From: an archaeon
GTDB lineage: Archaea; Micrarchaeota; Micrarchaeia; Anstonellales; Bilamarchaeaceae
NCBI GenBank assembly: GCA_020053355.1
Contig: JAGVNI010000008.1
Span: 77,195 to 141,194 of the forward strand
DNA length: 64,000 bases
Direction: 5' to 3'
Part shown: piece after piece, positions 19,611 through 28,176 of the stretch
Position numbering within the stretch: position 1 is the stretch's first letter
Layout: each line of letters starts with the position of its first letter
Notes under the pieces: model-generated
Database searches by the model: none
What the model was told of the DNA's origin: nothing
What the model saw: the letters and a program-made list of their open reading frames with translations, nothing else
Position numbers and translations under genes: made by a program

Positions 19611-19716
19611 GTTGTTCGTTTGTTCACGCCGAGCGTCAAGCGCGATGTCAAGGTCGACGAATCGACCTTGAGCATGTTCGCGAACGGAATGCCGTTCGCG
19701 ACAGGCCAGTGAACAA
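19611..19716 (+). repeat. compound palindromic element bounded by 8-bp inverted repeats (TTGTTCAC ... GTGAACAA), containing hairpin copy C and further palindromes
   Basis: Inverted repeats lie at 19620-19627 and 19709-19716. Hairpin C is CAAGGTCGA-cgaa-TCGACCTTG (19649-19670). A self-complementary GTTCGCGAAC and a CGAACGG/CCGTTCG pair are also present. Confidence 0.5.
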
Positions 19717-20016
19717 AAAACGCTAGGGGGGAACGTTAAAATTAGCGGGCAACGCTGCTCTGATTTTTTTCAATCTCACACTCATTACAGGGATCAGGAG
19801 TTCAGATCTCCTTGTCGGCGAATTGCTTTTTCAATTGAAAGACGAAAGCTAGGGCCAGCAGGCCATGTATCCTTGCCTGCCCACTCTAAATTGCTAAGCC
19901 GCAGGGCATCAGAAGCCCGTCTTGCGGGATTTTAGGCAAACATGGCGCCGATAACATTATTGTGGTTGTTTCTGTTATAATAAGTATTAAAAAGCCTAAC
20001 CCGAATATAATAATCA

Positions 20017-20574
20017 ATGAACGGGAAGATGAAACGCCCCAGTCCATCCCATCATTTGCCAGAGGGTAGTGTAAACTCTTGGCAATCACGGGAGCCCCTG
20101 AAGGAGTCTGAGCCAAAGCCGGGATTCCAAGACAGGGTAGAGGAACTTGCAAATCGCATTGCAGGGATCCGTTCTGATGGGAAGCGGAAGGTTCTAGTTT
20201 CGGTTTATGGGCTGCCTGATTCCGGAAAGTCCTATCTCATGGAAAAGGTCGCGGCGATTCTCAAGCAGTCTGGAATCATTACCGCTGTGCACAGCGGCGC
20301 AACGAGCAGAAGCGGAATAGAGCAGATAAAAAGCTTCGAGGAAGAGTACCCGCCCGAATGGAGCGCGCGTGTTTTCCTATTCCACTGCGCCTGGTTTCGC
20401 CAGGACAATTACCATCTTGACCCGAACGGCTTGGCTAGATCTGTGCTGGGGAGGGGTATTGACCTGAATATCCTGGTAACAAGGCATAGTGCAGCGGACA
20501 TGATGATGAATGAGGGGGATTATGACATGGTGATAGTCAATCCCGAAGCGCACAGGAAACAACCACTATTTTGA
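20017..20574 (+). CDS. small P-loop NTPase/kinase-like protein
   Basis: A Walker A motif VYGLPDSGKSY is present. It is the only ORF inside a low-GC, repeat-rich intergenic stretch. Confidence 0.45.
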   Translation: MNGKMKRPSPSHHLPEGSVNSWQSREPLKESEPKPGFQDRVEELANRIAGIRSDGKRKVLVSVYGLPDSGKSYLMEKVAAILKQSGIITAVHSGATSRSGIEQIKSFEEEYPPEWSARVFLFHCAWFRQDNYHLDPNGLARSVLGRGIDLNILVTRHSAADMMMNEGDYDMVIVNPEAHRKQPLF

Positions 20575-20782
20575 TCCGACACAATTTGGACGGCATAAGC
20601 TGATGAAATCAGCACTTACAGAAAGGCAATAGTTTTTTTAGCATCCAGACCCGAAAGTGCCTGAAACCTGATTCTGAATCGACCGATTTCTTCCCGTTAA
20701 GATGACAGTGGGAAGATAGAATATCGCAACCATTGATAGTGTTTGACGACTGCGTTAAGTCTAAGTATGTCAAAAAAAAGGA

Positions 20783-20920
20783 CGCTAGGGGGGAGATTTG
20801 AACTCCCGAACGCTTACGCGCAAAAGGTTTCCGCAACGCTTTTTATTGCCCGTTTTTAGGCGCTTTTTCCTAAAAAGCGCGATAGCAACCTTTCGCCCTA
20901 CCAGGCTAGGCGACCCCAGC
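20783..20920 (-). tRNA. tRNA-Ser (anticodon GCT) with an intron of about 54 nt in the anticodon loop
   Basis: Minus-strand reading is 5' GCTGGGG-TC-GCCT AGCCTGGT AGGC ... AAAGG TTGCTA[intron]A CCTTT, then TGCGCGTAAGCGTTC (long variable arm), then GGGAG TTCAAAT CTCCC, then CCCTAGC G 3'. The 7-bp acceptor stem has one G:U pair. The T-loop is TTCAAAT. A type II variable arm is consistent with Ser. An oligo-T follows. The gene is absent from the ORF track. Confidence 0.7.
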
Positions 20921-21049
20921 AGAAACTTTCTTTATATCCTCATGAGGGTAAAGTTTCATCAAACTTCCGGATGCATACTTCTGATGGGGTTTGATGGCCG
21001 GAAACTCCGGCCAGCAACTCCCCAGCGTGAAAACAGTTGTTTCACCTTA

Positions 21050-21093
21050 GCTGGGGGCACATGGTCGAATCGTCGACCATGAACGACCCCAGC
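21050..21093 (+). repeat. two-stem hairpin element, copy B (outer GCTGGGG/CCCCAGC, inner CATGGTCGA-atcg-TCGACCATG)
   Basis: Same architecture as copy A, with compensatory base changes in the inner stem. The outer stem mimics the tRNA-Ser acceptor stem. Confidence 0.6.
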
Positions 21094-21214
21094 GTGAATA
21101 GCAAAGTGTTCTTTTCCGGCGGAGAGTTTTAAAGTCAATCTTTCCGGGGCTGCCAGGTTAATAATATGAGTTACGAGTTGGAATCCGCTTAAGAAATGGG
21201 GGTTAGGTGCATTC

Positions 21215-22090
21215 ATGGCTGATGAGATAGATCCCGAGGAGATGCTCAGGTTCCAGGCGCAGCTGCTTTCCGAGCTTGAGAAGAGGGGATACCTCCTTAC
21301 AGGTTTCACTGAGATGGGCTTCGGCTTCGTATCAACTGAGACCGGTGAGAAAAACGAGATAAGGACATCGACATATTTCAAACTATACAAGTCAGGAAAG
21401 ACGATTTCCGAGATAATCGAGCAGATAACTTCCATTAAAAAAGAAACGAAAACTATCGAGAAGGAGGATATCGAGAAATTATTTCCTATCGTGAAAGACG
21501 CCGGTTTCATGATAAGCTATGAGAAAACCCTCGAGCGCATGCTCGGCCAGTTGCCGCCGGAACATCCGGCCATGCCCATACTTTTCAAGAACTGGAAGGA
21601 CCGCGAGGTTTACATATTGTGCGGCATGGACCTCGGGCACAGCTACAGATACTTGTCTTTGGGCGATTTGAAGAAGATGGGGTTGAGTCACCAGGAACTG
21701 TATGCAAAGATGATAGATAACCTCGTAAAAAAGACAGAGTCTGCAATTAAAGAAAAAAAGGTCAATCACCTCAAACAGGCAGCCGGGATTCACTCCCTCG
21801 CATTTCCAGATGACCTTAGCCCCTCCTTCGTGCTGATCGCCCATCGCTATTTCGATTACCTTGAGGAGGTAACGGGGATTATCGGTGCGGAATATTTCGT
21901 CGCGTTTGTAGTGACAACCGAGGAAATCCTGATTTGCGGCCCTAGCCTCCCTCCGGAGGCGCTCAAAATTGCATATGGGAAGGTCCTCGCAAGGCAGGAA
22001 GAGCTGAAAAACCAGCCACAAGTGCACAAGATAGTGAGTATAGAGCCAGTTATACTAACCAGGCAGGGAATGGCTTTCTTCAAGCATTAA
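21215..22090 (+). CDS. hypothetical protein
   Basis: An intact 291-aa ORF with no recognisable motif. Confidence 0.45.
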   Translation: MADEIDPEEMLRFQAQLLSELEKRGYLLTGFTEMGFGFVSTETGEKNEIRTSTYFKLYKSGKTISEIIEQITSIKKETKTIEKEDIEKLFPIVKDAGFMISYEKTLERMLGQLPPEHPAMPILFKNWKDREVYILCGMDLGHSYRYLSLGDLKKMGLSHQELYAKMIDNLVKKTESAIKEKKVNHLKQAAGIHSLAFPDDLSPSFVLIAHRYFDYLEEVTGIIGAEYFVAFVVTTEEILICGPSLPPEALKIAYGKVLARQEELKNQPQVHKIVSIEPVILTRQGMAFFKH

Positions 22091-23280
22091 ACGACTTTAC
22101 CCCAGGCTGAGAGGCGCCATCTCTGGCCTACCTTCCTGGATATCGCGACGTGCATGTCCTTGTATACGACGGTCGGCTTCTTGAGCTTGATTGTCGCGAT
22201 GCCTTTTGCCAGCTTCGCGACGACGCCTACGCCGGTGGACGTGTGGACGTTCACTACGACCGGCTCGGCCTCGCGCAGCGGCATGTTCTGCATGTCCGCG
22301 CGCTCGAGGAGGGCGTATTTGACATTCAGCGTGTCCACAGGTTCCGGAACCTCGCCCTTCCTTCCGACGACAGAGCCGACGAGCGCGTCGGATTTCGTGA
22401 GCGACGGGTCGAGGGTCGTGCCGATTGCAACCAGGCCGCCGGGGCGGGCCGATTCGAGCTTCTCGGTCTCTTCCATGAGCATCTTGACAGTGCAGAGGAC
22501 AGACGCCGGCTTCGCGCCTTCCTTGCGGGAGATGCCAGGCATAATCTCGATTTCGTCCCCGATTTTGAGGACGCCCTGCACGATGGAGCCACCCAGCACG
22601 CCGCCGCTAAGCTCCTTGATTTCCGTTCCTGGCCGGTTGACATCGAATGAGCGCGAGACATACATCCGGAGCTCTGCCTTCTCGTCGTGCTTGGCAGGCT
22701 TCATGACTTCGTTGATGGCCTTTAGGAGCGCATCGATGTTCAGGCCGGCATTCGCTGAAACAGGTATCACCGGCGCGTTCTCGGCCGCAGAGCCCTTGAG
22801 GAATTGCTTTATCTGCTTGTAGTTCTCAAGCGCTTTCTCTTTCGTGACAAGGTCGATTTTCGTCTGTACTACTATGATGTTCTTGATGCCCGTCGAATTC
22901 AGGACGAGCAGGTGCTCGGTCGTCTGGGGCTGAGGGCATGGTTCGTTTGCCGCTATCAAAAAGAGCACGCCGTCCAGGATGCTTGTCGCCGATATGACAG
23001 TCGTCATCAGCGTCTCGTGGCCCGGCGCGTCCACAATCGACAGCTTGCGCAGAACCTTCGTCTTGGCCCCGCATTTGGGGCATTTGGCCTCGGTCGTAAG
23101 CAGGTCGTCCTTTGCGCATTGGTATATGAACGCATCAGCGTAGCCGAGCCTTATCGATATACCCCGCTTGATTTCCTCGCTGTGCGTGTCGGTCCATTTG
23201 CCGGTAAGCGATTTCGTCAGCGTCGTCTTGCCATGGTCGACATGCCCGAGCATGCCGATGTTCATCTCAGCCTGCATCAT
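22087..23280 (-). CDS. eif2g: translation initiation factor 2 gamma subunit
   Basis: G1 motif GHVDHGKTTL, DAPGHE, NKID and a zinc-knuckle YQCAKDD...CPKCG are present. Length is 397 aa. Confidence 0.85.
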   Translation of the reverse strand: MMQAEMNIGMLGHVDHGKTTLTKSLTGKWTDTHSEEIKRGISIRLGYADAFIYQCAKDDLLTTEAKCPKCGAKTKVLRKLSIVDAPGHETLMTTVISATSILDGVLFLIAANEPCPQPQTTEHLLVLNSTGIKNIIVVQTKIDLVTKEKALENYKQIKQFLKGSAAENAPVIPVSANAGLNIDALLKAINEVMKPAKHDEKAELRMYVSRSFDVNRPGTEIKELSGGVLGGSIVQGVLKIGDEIEIMPGISRKEGAKPASVLCTVKMLMEETEKLESARPGGLVAIGTTLDPSLTKSDALVGSVVGRKGEVPEPVDTLNVKYALLERADMQNMPLREAEPVVVNVHTSTGVGVVAKLAKGIATIKLKKPTVVYKDMHVAISRKVGQRWRLSAWGKVV

Positions 23281-23666
23281 TTGGTCTCCTTTTTCTCGGC
23301 TTTCGGGAATAACTGCTCCAATGGTGAGGGCCCCGGCGTCTTGACCTTGGCGTTCACCTGGACTATCTCGGCCGAGTACGTGTTGCCGCGGACGTATTTG
23401 CGCCTGCGTTCGCCGCTTTCGGTGGCGTTGAACCCGACTCCGTCGCTCGTCAGTATTTGTTTTCTCGCCGAGCCGTGGACTTCCACCCGCATCGGGAAAC
23501 CGCTTCCGTCGCTGCCGCCGGTAAGTTCAAGCGTATAGCCTGCTGCGCCGACGACATTGCCGTCAAGCTCGTCTCCCAGTTTCTTCCCTGCTATAATAGC
23601 TTCCTTGTCTTTGGGGAGCTCGACTTGGTAGCTTTTTCCGCTGGACTCTGAAATAACTATTCGCAT
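23277..23666 (-). CDS. rps6e: 30S ribosomal protein S6e
   Basis: MRIVISESSGKSYQVEL...GYTLELTGGSDGSGFPM matches the eS6 family. The stop overlaps the eif2g start. Confidence 0.8.
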   Translation of the reverse strand: MRIVISESSGKSYQVELPKDKEAIIAGKKLGDELDGNVVGAAGYTLELTGGSDGSGFPMRVEVHGSARKQILTSDGVGFNATESGERRRKYVRGNTYSAEIVQVNAKVKTPGPSPLEQLFPKAEKKETK

Positions 23667-23749
23667 GTGTTCACCTCACAAATAGGATAGAATGAGCTTT
23701 GGGGGGGTTGTTTTATAAAAGATTAGGAAAATGAAAAAAAAGATAAAAT

Positions 23750-23965
23750 TCAGGCATTCTTGAGCTTAGCCTTGTATACGTAGCCGTCCTTGCCCAGATA
23801 GTACATGAAGCCGCTTTCCTTGCTGATCTTCTCGGAGCCGACTTTCTTCTTCTTGCCCCTGGTGTTGTGCTTCATCGGCGCTGCCCAGACATATCCGTCC
23901 TTTCCGACGTAATACAGGTATCCATCTTCCCTTGAGACTTTTTCAGATCCGACTTTTGATCCCAT
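23750..23965 (-). CDS. small basic protein with an internal tandem repeat
   Basis: The repeat VGSEK[VI]S[RK]E[DS]G[YF][LM]YY[VL]GKDGYV[WY] occurs twice. It lies upstream of rps6e and eif2g on the same strand. Confidence 0.4.
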   Translation of the reverse strand: MGSKVGSEKVSREDGYLYYVGKDGYVWAAPMKHNTRGKKKKVGSEKISKESGFMYYLGKDGYVYKAKLKNA

Positions 23966-24160
23966 GTTGACACCTTCCTAAATGCCTCCCGCGGGGAGGA
24001 TTCGTTAATTCCGTGACATACACCGAGAGATATTTTATAAAGGTATCGTCGATGCAACGACGGCAAAAGCACATTTTTAAACTGTCGGCATCAAAACGGC
24101 GCGCGGGGGGGCACGCCGTGGCGGCAAAGCGTTTATAACCAATGGGAGAGTGATTGACGC

Positions 24161-24421
24161 ATGTTCCAGGTCTTCGCGCGCCCAAAACCGTGCCGCATCC
24201 TCAGCTTGCTGCGCGATTCGGAAAGCACGTGGCACCTCTCGAAAATCGCGAAAAGCAGCGACACTACTTACGTATATGTCACGAAGCTGATGAGCCACCT
24301 TGCGATGAACGGGCTTGTCACTATTGAGGCGAAAGGGAAGAAGAGGGTCGTCAAGCTCACTGAACGGGGGATGCGCGTGGCGAAGGCGATAGAGGAATTG
24401 AAGAATACGCTTGAGGGTTAG
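24161..24421 (+). CDS. small winged-helix DNA-binding protein
   Basis: At 86 aa, LSKIAKSSDTTYVYVTKLMSHLAMNGLV followed by a beta-hairpin is typical of a wHTH fold. Confidence 0.45.
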   Translation: MFQVFARPKPCRILSLLRDSESTWHLSKIAKSSDTTYVYVTKLMSHLAMNGLVTIEAKGKKRVVKLTERGMRVAKAIEELKNTLEG

Positions 24422-24482
24422 ATATTTACGGATTTCCTGGAATGCCAGGAAAGAAGAAAACGGAATTCAGAAATAAAAAAAA

Positions 24483-24917
24483 TCAGACTGCCCGGAGCGC
24501 GGTGCTCTTCTTGATGTAGCTCATCACCTTGTCGTAGCCGATATAATGGGAGTATACGGTGACTTCGACGGGATAGTTGCCTTCCTTCGTCTGGTTGCTG
24601 GACCAGATGGTTATCGGGACATCCAGTATTGCGCCGGGCTTCATCTCGCCGACCCTTTTTTCCGAAGCCTTGTTGATGCAGGCCGGGTCGAAGCCTATCA
24701 TCGCTTCTCTTGGCAGCAGCGCATCCACCGAGACTATTTGCGGCGATGCCGACACGTTTTTCACCTTGACGACCAGGTCCACCGAGCTGCGGTTCTTGGC
24801 CGAGAGGCGGAGCGGGGTAAATGAGATTGAGACGTTGAACGGGTTGGATGATTTGTCCGCTTGCGGCTCTTCCTGCGAGCCTTTGTCGCTTCCTAGCACA
24901 GAGTCCCAGAATCCCAT
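24483..24917 (-). CDS. hypothetical protein
   Basis: An intact 144-aa ORF with no recognisable motif. Confidence 0.4.
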   Translation of the reverse strand: MGFWDSVLGSDKGSQEEPQADKSSNPFNVSISFTPLRLSAKNRSSVDLVVKVKNVSASPQIVSVDALLPREAMIGFDPACINKASEKRVGEMKPGAILDVPITIWSSNQTKEGNYPVEVTVYSHYIGYDKVMSYIKKSTALRAV

Positions 24918-24949
24918 AGAGTTTCACCTTGACATATCAATATTGAACG

Positions 24950-25498
24950 TTATAATATTAAAACCGCTGCAGCGACGACCGACGTCCAGTTCCCTTCCTT
25001 GTCGCATACCGCTGACTGCGTTATGTTCATGGTCTTGACGAACTTCCCGCTCATCTTGAACTGCTGCTCGCGCTCGTCCCAGGCGGTATTCGAATCGAAC
25101 GGGACGCCCAAAGACGATGCGAGCATCGTCGCCGCCAAATCTTCCGCGTATTCGCCCGCCTTCTCCTCTGTCTGGCCGAATGCGTGGTGCTCGCTCAGGT
25201 AGCCGTAAATCTCCTTGTCAGCCGGTATCGCGCAGCCGATTGAGGCTGCGATCAGCCGGTTCGGCTCGTTCGCAGCGCAGCGCGAGAGCACGGTGAACAC
25301 GACCTGCCCGCTGTTGAGGAGTTTTAGCCCTTCGACTTTGGGGATTATCTCGGCCTTTGGAGCGAGGATGCTTGAGACTGAAACGAGGTTGAACGGTGAG
25401 ATGCCCGCGTCGCGCAGCGCATACTCGAATGATGTGAGCTGCTCGGTCGCCCGGCCGACGCCTTTTGTGAAAAAGACCTTCTTCGGTATGAAATCCAT
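24950..25498 (-). CDS. pdaD: pyruvoyl-dependent arginine decarboxylase
   Basis: The N-terminus [15 protein letters not shown] and the overall length of about 180 aa match the PdaD family. Confidence 0.8.
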   Translation of the reverse strand: MDFIPKKVFFTKGVGRATEQLTSFEYALRDAGISPFNLVSVSSILAPKAEIIPKVEGLKLLNSGQVVFTVLSRCAANEPNRLIAASIGCAIPADKEIYGYLSEHHAFGQTEEKAGEYAEDLAATMLASSLGVPFDSNTAWDEREQQFKMSGKFVKTMNITQSAVCDKEGNWTSVVAAAVLIL

Positions 25499-25612
25499 GG
25501 AGAGGTTACTGTGGGGAGTGTTTTAAAAATCCGTGCCGAAGATGGCAGGGACCGGAAATAACAGAAAAGGATTTATTACCGAAACCCGAATTCCAAGAAA
25601 CAAGGTGTCAGA

Positions 25613-26902
25613 ATGGAATATCAGCACAAGCTAATATTGGTGAGCGCGGTTCTCGTTGTCATCGCGCTGTATTTGGTTTTCACGATGCCGGCGCCCCCCG
25701 CGGGTGCCGACAACTCGCAGGCAGAGGCGCTGCTCCTAAAAAGCGCGGGATTCGGGAAAGGGCTTCTGAACTACACGTACGCCTACAGCGACGTCTCGGA
25801 CGGCTACAAGACGACATATGCCCTAATCGCCGCCGGGGAAACCAGGTATATCGAGATTACAAACCCCCTCTCAACCAAGAAGGTCTACCTCCTTGCCAAC
25901 GACACCATCTTCTGCATCAAATACCCCATAAACGAGTCATGCGTCTCGGTGCAGAACAACAGCGAGATGCAGAACTACATCGCATTCGTCGAGTCGAAAT
26001 TCTTCAACGACTCGAACATACTGAAGGCGGAGAGCTCGATGGACGCGCTTGTAAGCAGGGGATACCTGCATGCTGAGGCCGGGATTACGGATAAGACGGT
26101 CGGGAATGCCGCCTGCAGCCAGGTCGCATATACGATAGACTACTCCAACGCCACCGTGCAGGACGCCGCGCTCTTCGGAATCGGCGCCCAGTCGCCCAAG
26201 GTCTATAACCTGACAAGGTGCATCGACAACTCAAGCGGCCTGGCCTACGAGACCATGCTCGCATACACTGATAACTCAATCCGGCACTCCAAGTCCATGG
26301 TGGTCTCCGCTTTCAGGGAAGGCGCACCATCAATGCCGCAACCGCCCGAATCGTCCGGGGATGCAATTGGCGTATTTCGGAAAGAGAGGGAGCAGCAGGT
26401 CGCACTCGCCACCTGCCACACGGACAAGCAGGGCGAGGAGCGCGAGAAATGCGTGGCGGACATAGCGCTCAACCTGAAGCGCAAGGACATCTGCGAACTG
26501 GCGGGAGCGAGAAGGGACCGCTGCCTCATTTCCATCGTCCCCCTGACCAAGGACCAGACAATCTGCACCGCAGTGACGGCCGCATCCTACAAGGACGACT
26601 GCTTTATCGAGCTTGCCGGAGCGTACAAGAATTCGTCATACTGCGCGAACGTGCTGGACGCGTCCAAACTGGCAGCTTGCCAGGAAGCGGCGGCACCAAG
26701 GGTGGCGCAGAATGAGACCGATGATACGGGCGGCGAGTCTGCCCCAATCGACGCACCTGCTGGAAATGAAAGCGCCGGCAATGCCACCAGCAAAAACGAT
26801 GAAGTCGACGCGCTCGGCCTGCTCAATTACATCGAAAACTATGGCAAGAACACAAGCAACAGCAGCGCGAGCGGCAATATGACAGGCAATTCGACAGAGT
26901 GA
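25613..26902 (+). CDS. membrane-anchored surface protein with Cys-rich core and N-x-S/T-rich C-terminal tail
   Basis: An N-terminal TM anchor is present. There are about 16 Cys in the central region. The C-terminal 70 aa are dense in N-x-[ST] sequons (NETD, NESAGNATS, NTSNSSASGNMTGNST). Confidence 0.5.
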   Translation: MEYQHKLILVSAVLVVIALYLVFTMPAPPAGADNSQAEALLLKSAGFGKGLLNYTYAYSDVSDGYKTTYALIAAGETRYIEITNPLSTKKVYLLANDTIFCIKYPINESCVSVQNNSEMQNYIAFVESKFFNDSNILKAESSMDALVSRGYLHAEAGITDKTVGNAACSQVAYTIDYSNATVQDAALFGIGAQSPKVYNLTRCIDNSSGLAYETMLAYTDNSIRHSKSMVVSAFREGAPSMPQPPESSGDAIGVFRKEREQQVALATCHTDKQGEEREKCVADIALNLKRKDICELAGARRDRCLISIVPLTKDQTICTAVTAASYKDDCFIELAGAYKNSSYCANVLDASKLAACQEAAAPRVAQNETDDTGGESAPIDAPAGNESAGNATSKNDEVDALGLLNYIENYGKNTSNSSASGNMTGNSTE

Positions 26903-27005
26903 TTTGCCCGGCCTGTACCCTTATTCTTTCCCTTTTCAAAGCCCCCACTGCTGGAGCTCTAGGCAACGATTTATAAGAATCAGGTGACAGACTGAAACTG
27001 GGATA

Positions 27006-28166
27006 TTGATGAAGATAGCCCTGTTCACGGATACGTACCTTCCGCAGACCAATGGCGTCGTCGCCTACCTCTGCGACGCCATATCGGTGCTTTCGAAACG
27101 CCACGAGGTCGTGCTTTTCGCGCCGGGCGAAAGGCAGTTCCGCACCGAGCGGGTGTCCGCCAATTTCAGGATTTACTGGATACCATCACGGCCGTTCCCG
27201 TTCTACGAAGGATACCGCGTGGCATCGGTGGATTACCCGAGGATTGCCGCCCTCCTCAAGCAGGAAGCGCCGGACATCATCCATGCGCATGCTCCCATCA
27301 ATCTCGGCCTCCAGGGCGTGATAGCCGGCAAGAGGGGCAAAATCCCGGTGGTCATCACATACCACACCCATTACCCTGATTATGTCCCCCACCTCCTTAG
27401 CAGCAAGCTCCCGCTGTCCCTGGGGGATTTCGGAAAATACACCGCCAAGAAGTTCGTCCGGCACATGTTCGGGATGGCTGACATCGTGACCGCGCCGACG
27501 CACGAGCTGGTGAAAGAGCTGCGCTCGTATGGGATGAAAAACGTCGTCTATCTTCCCAACGGGGTCGACCTCGCGAAGCTCAAATGCAGCGCCAAGGAAG
27601 TCGCGGCCTTCCGGAAAGCGTACCGGATTCCTCCGGGGAAGAAAACAATCGTATACCTTGGAAGGCTCAGTTTCGAAAAAAAGGTCGACAAATTGCTCGA
27701 AGCGTTCCGGATGATTGAGGACGATGGCAAGTTCCTGATTGTGGCCGGGGGAGGCCCTTACCTGAAGAACTTCCGGGAGTTCGCGAGGACGATTGGGATA
27801 AAAAACGCGGTTTTCACCGGGTACGTGAAGCGCCCGGCCGTTGTCTACAAGGCCGCCCTGGTTTTCGCTTCCGCATCGGACAGCGAGACGTTCGGGCTCA
27901 CATATATCGAGGCGATGTATATGGGCCTCCCTGCAATAGGCGTGCGGAAGCTGGGGGCGAAGGAAGTGATAACGGACAACAAGGACGGCATCCTGGTGGA
28001 GCCGGACGATACGGCTGCATTCGCCAAGGCCATGAAAAAGCTGCTTGAGGACGATTCGGCCCGCAAGCGGATGGCAGCCCAAGGCAGGAAAACCGCGAAG
28101 AGGTATTCCATAGGGAAGAGCGTCGGGGATACCCTCCGGATATACGAAGGGCTGCTCAAACGCTAA
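27006..28166 (+). CDS. glycosyltransferase family 4 (GT-B)
   Basis: The N-terminus MKIALFTDTYLPQTNGV matches the GT4 N-terminal domain. The C-terminal EtFGLtyIEAMymGLP sequence matches the GT4 sugar-donor binding region. Confidence 0.75.
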   Translation: MMKIALFTDTYLPQTNGVVAYLCDAISVLSKRHEVVLFAPGERQFRTERVSANFRIYWIPSRPFPFYEGYRVASVDYPRIAALLKQEAPDIIHAHAPINLGLQGVIAGKRGKIPVVITYHTHYPDYVPHLLSSKLPLSLGDFGKYTAKKFVRHMFGMADIVTAPTHELVKELRSYGMKNVVYLPNGVDLAKLKCSAKEVAAFRKAYRIPPGKKTIVYLGRLSFEKKVDKLLEAFRMIEDDGKFLIVAGGGPYLKNFREFARTIGIKNAVFTGYVKRPAVVYKAALVFASASDSETFGLTYIEAMYMGLPAIGVRKLGAKEVITDNKDGILVEPDDTAAFAKAMKKLLEDDSARKRMAAQGRKTAKRYSIGKSVGDTLRIYEGLLKR

Positions 28167-28176
28167 AAAAATCGGG

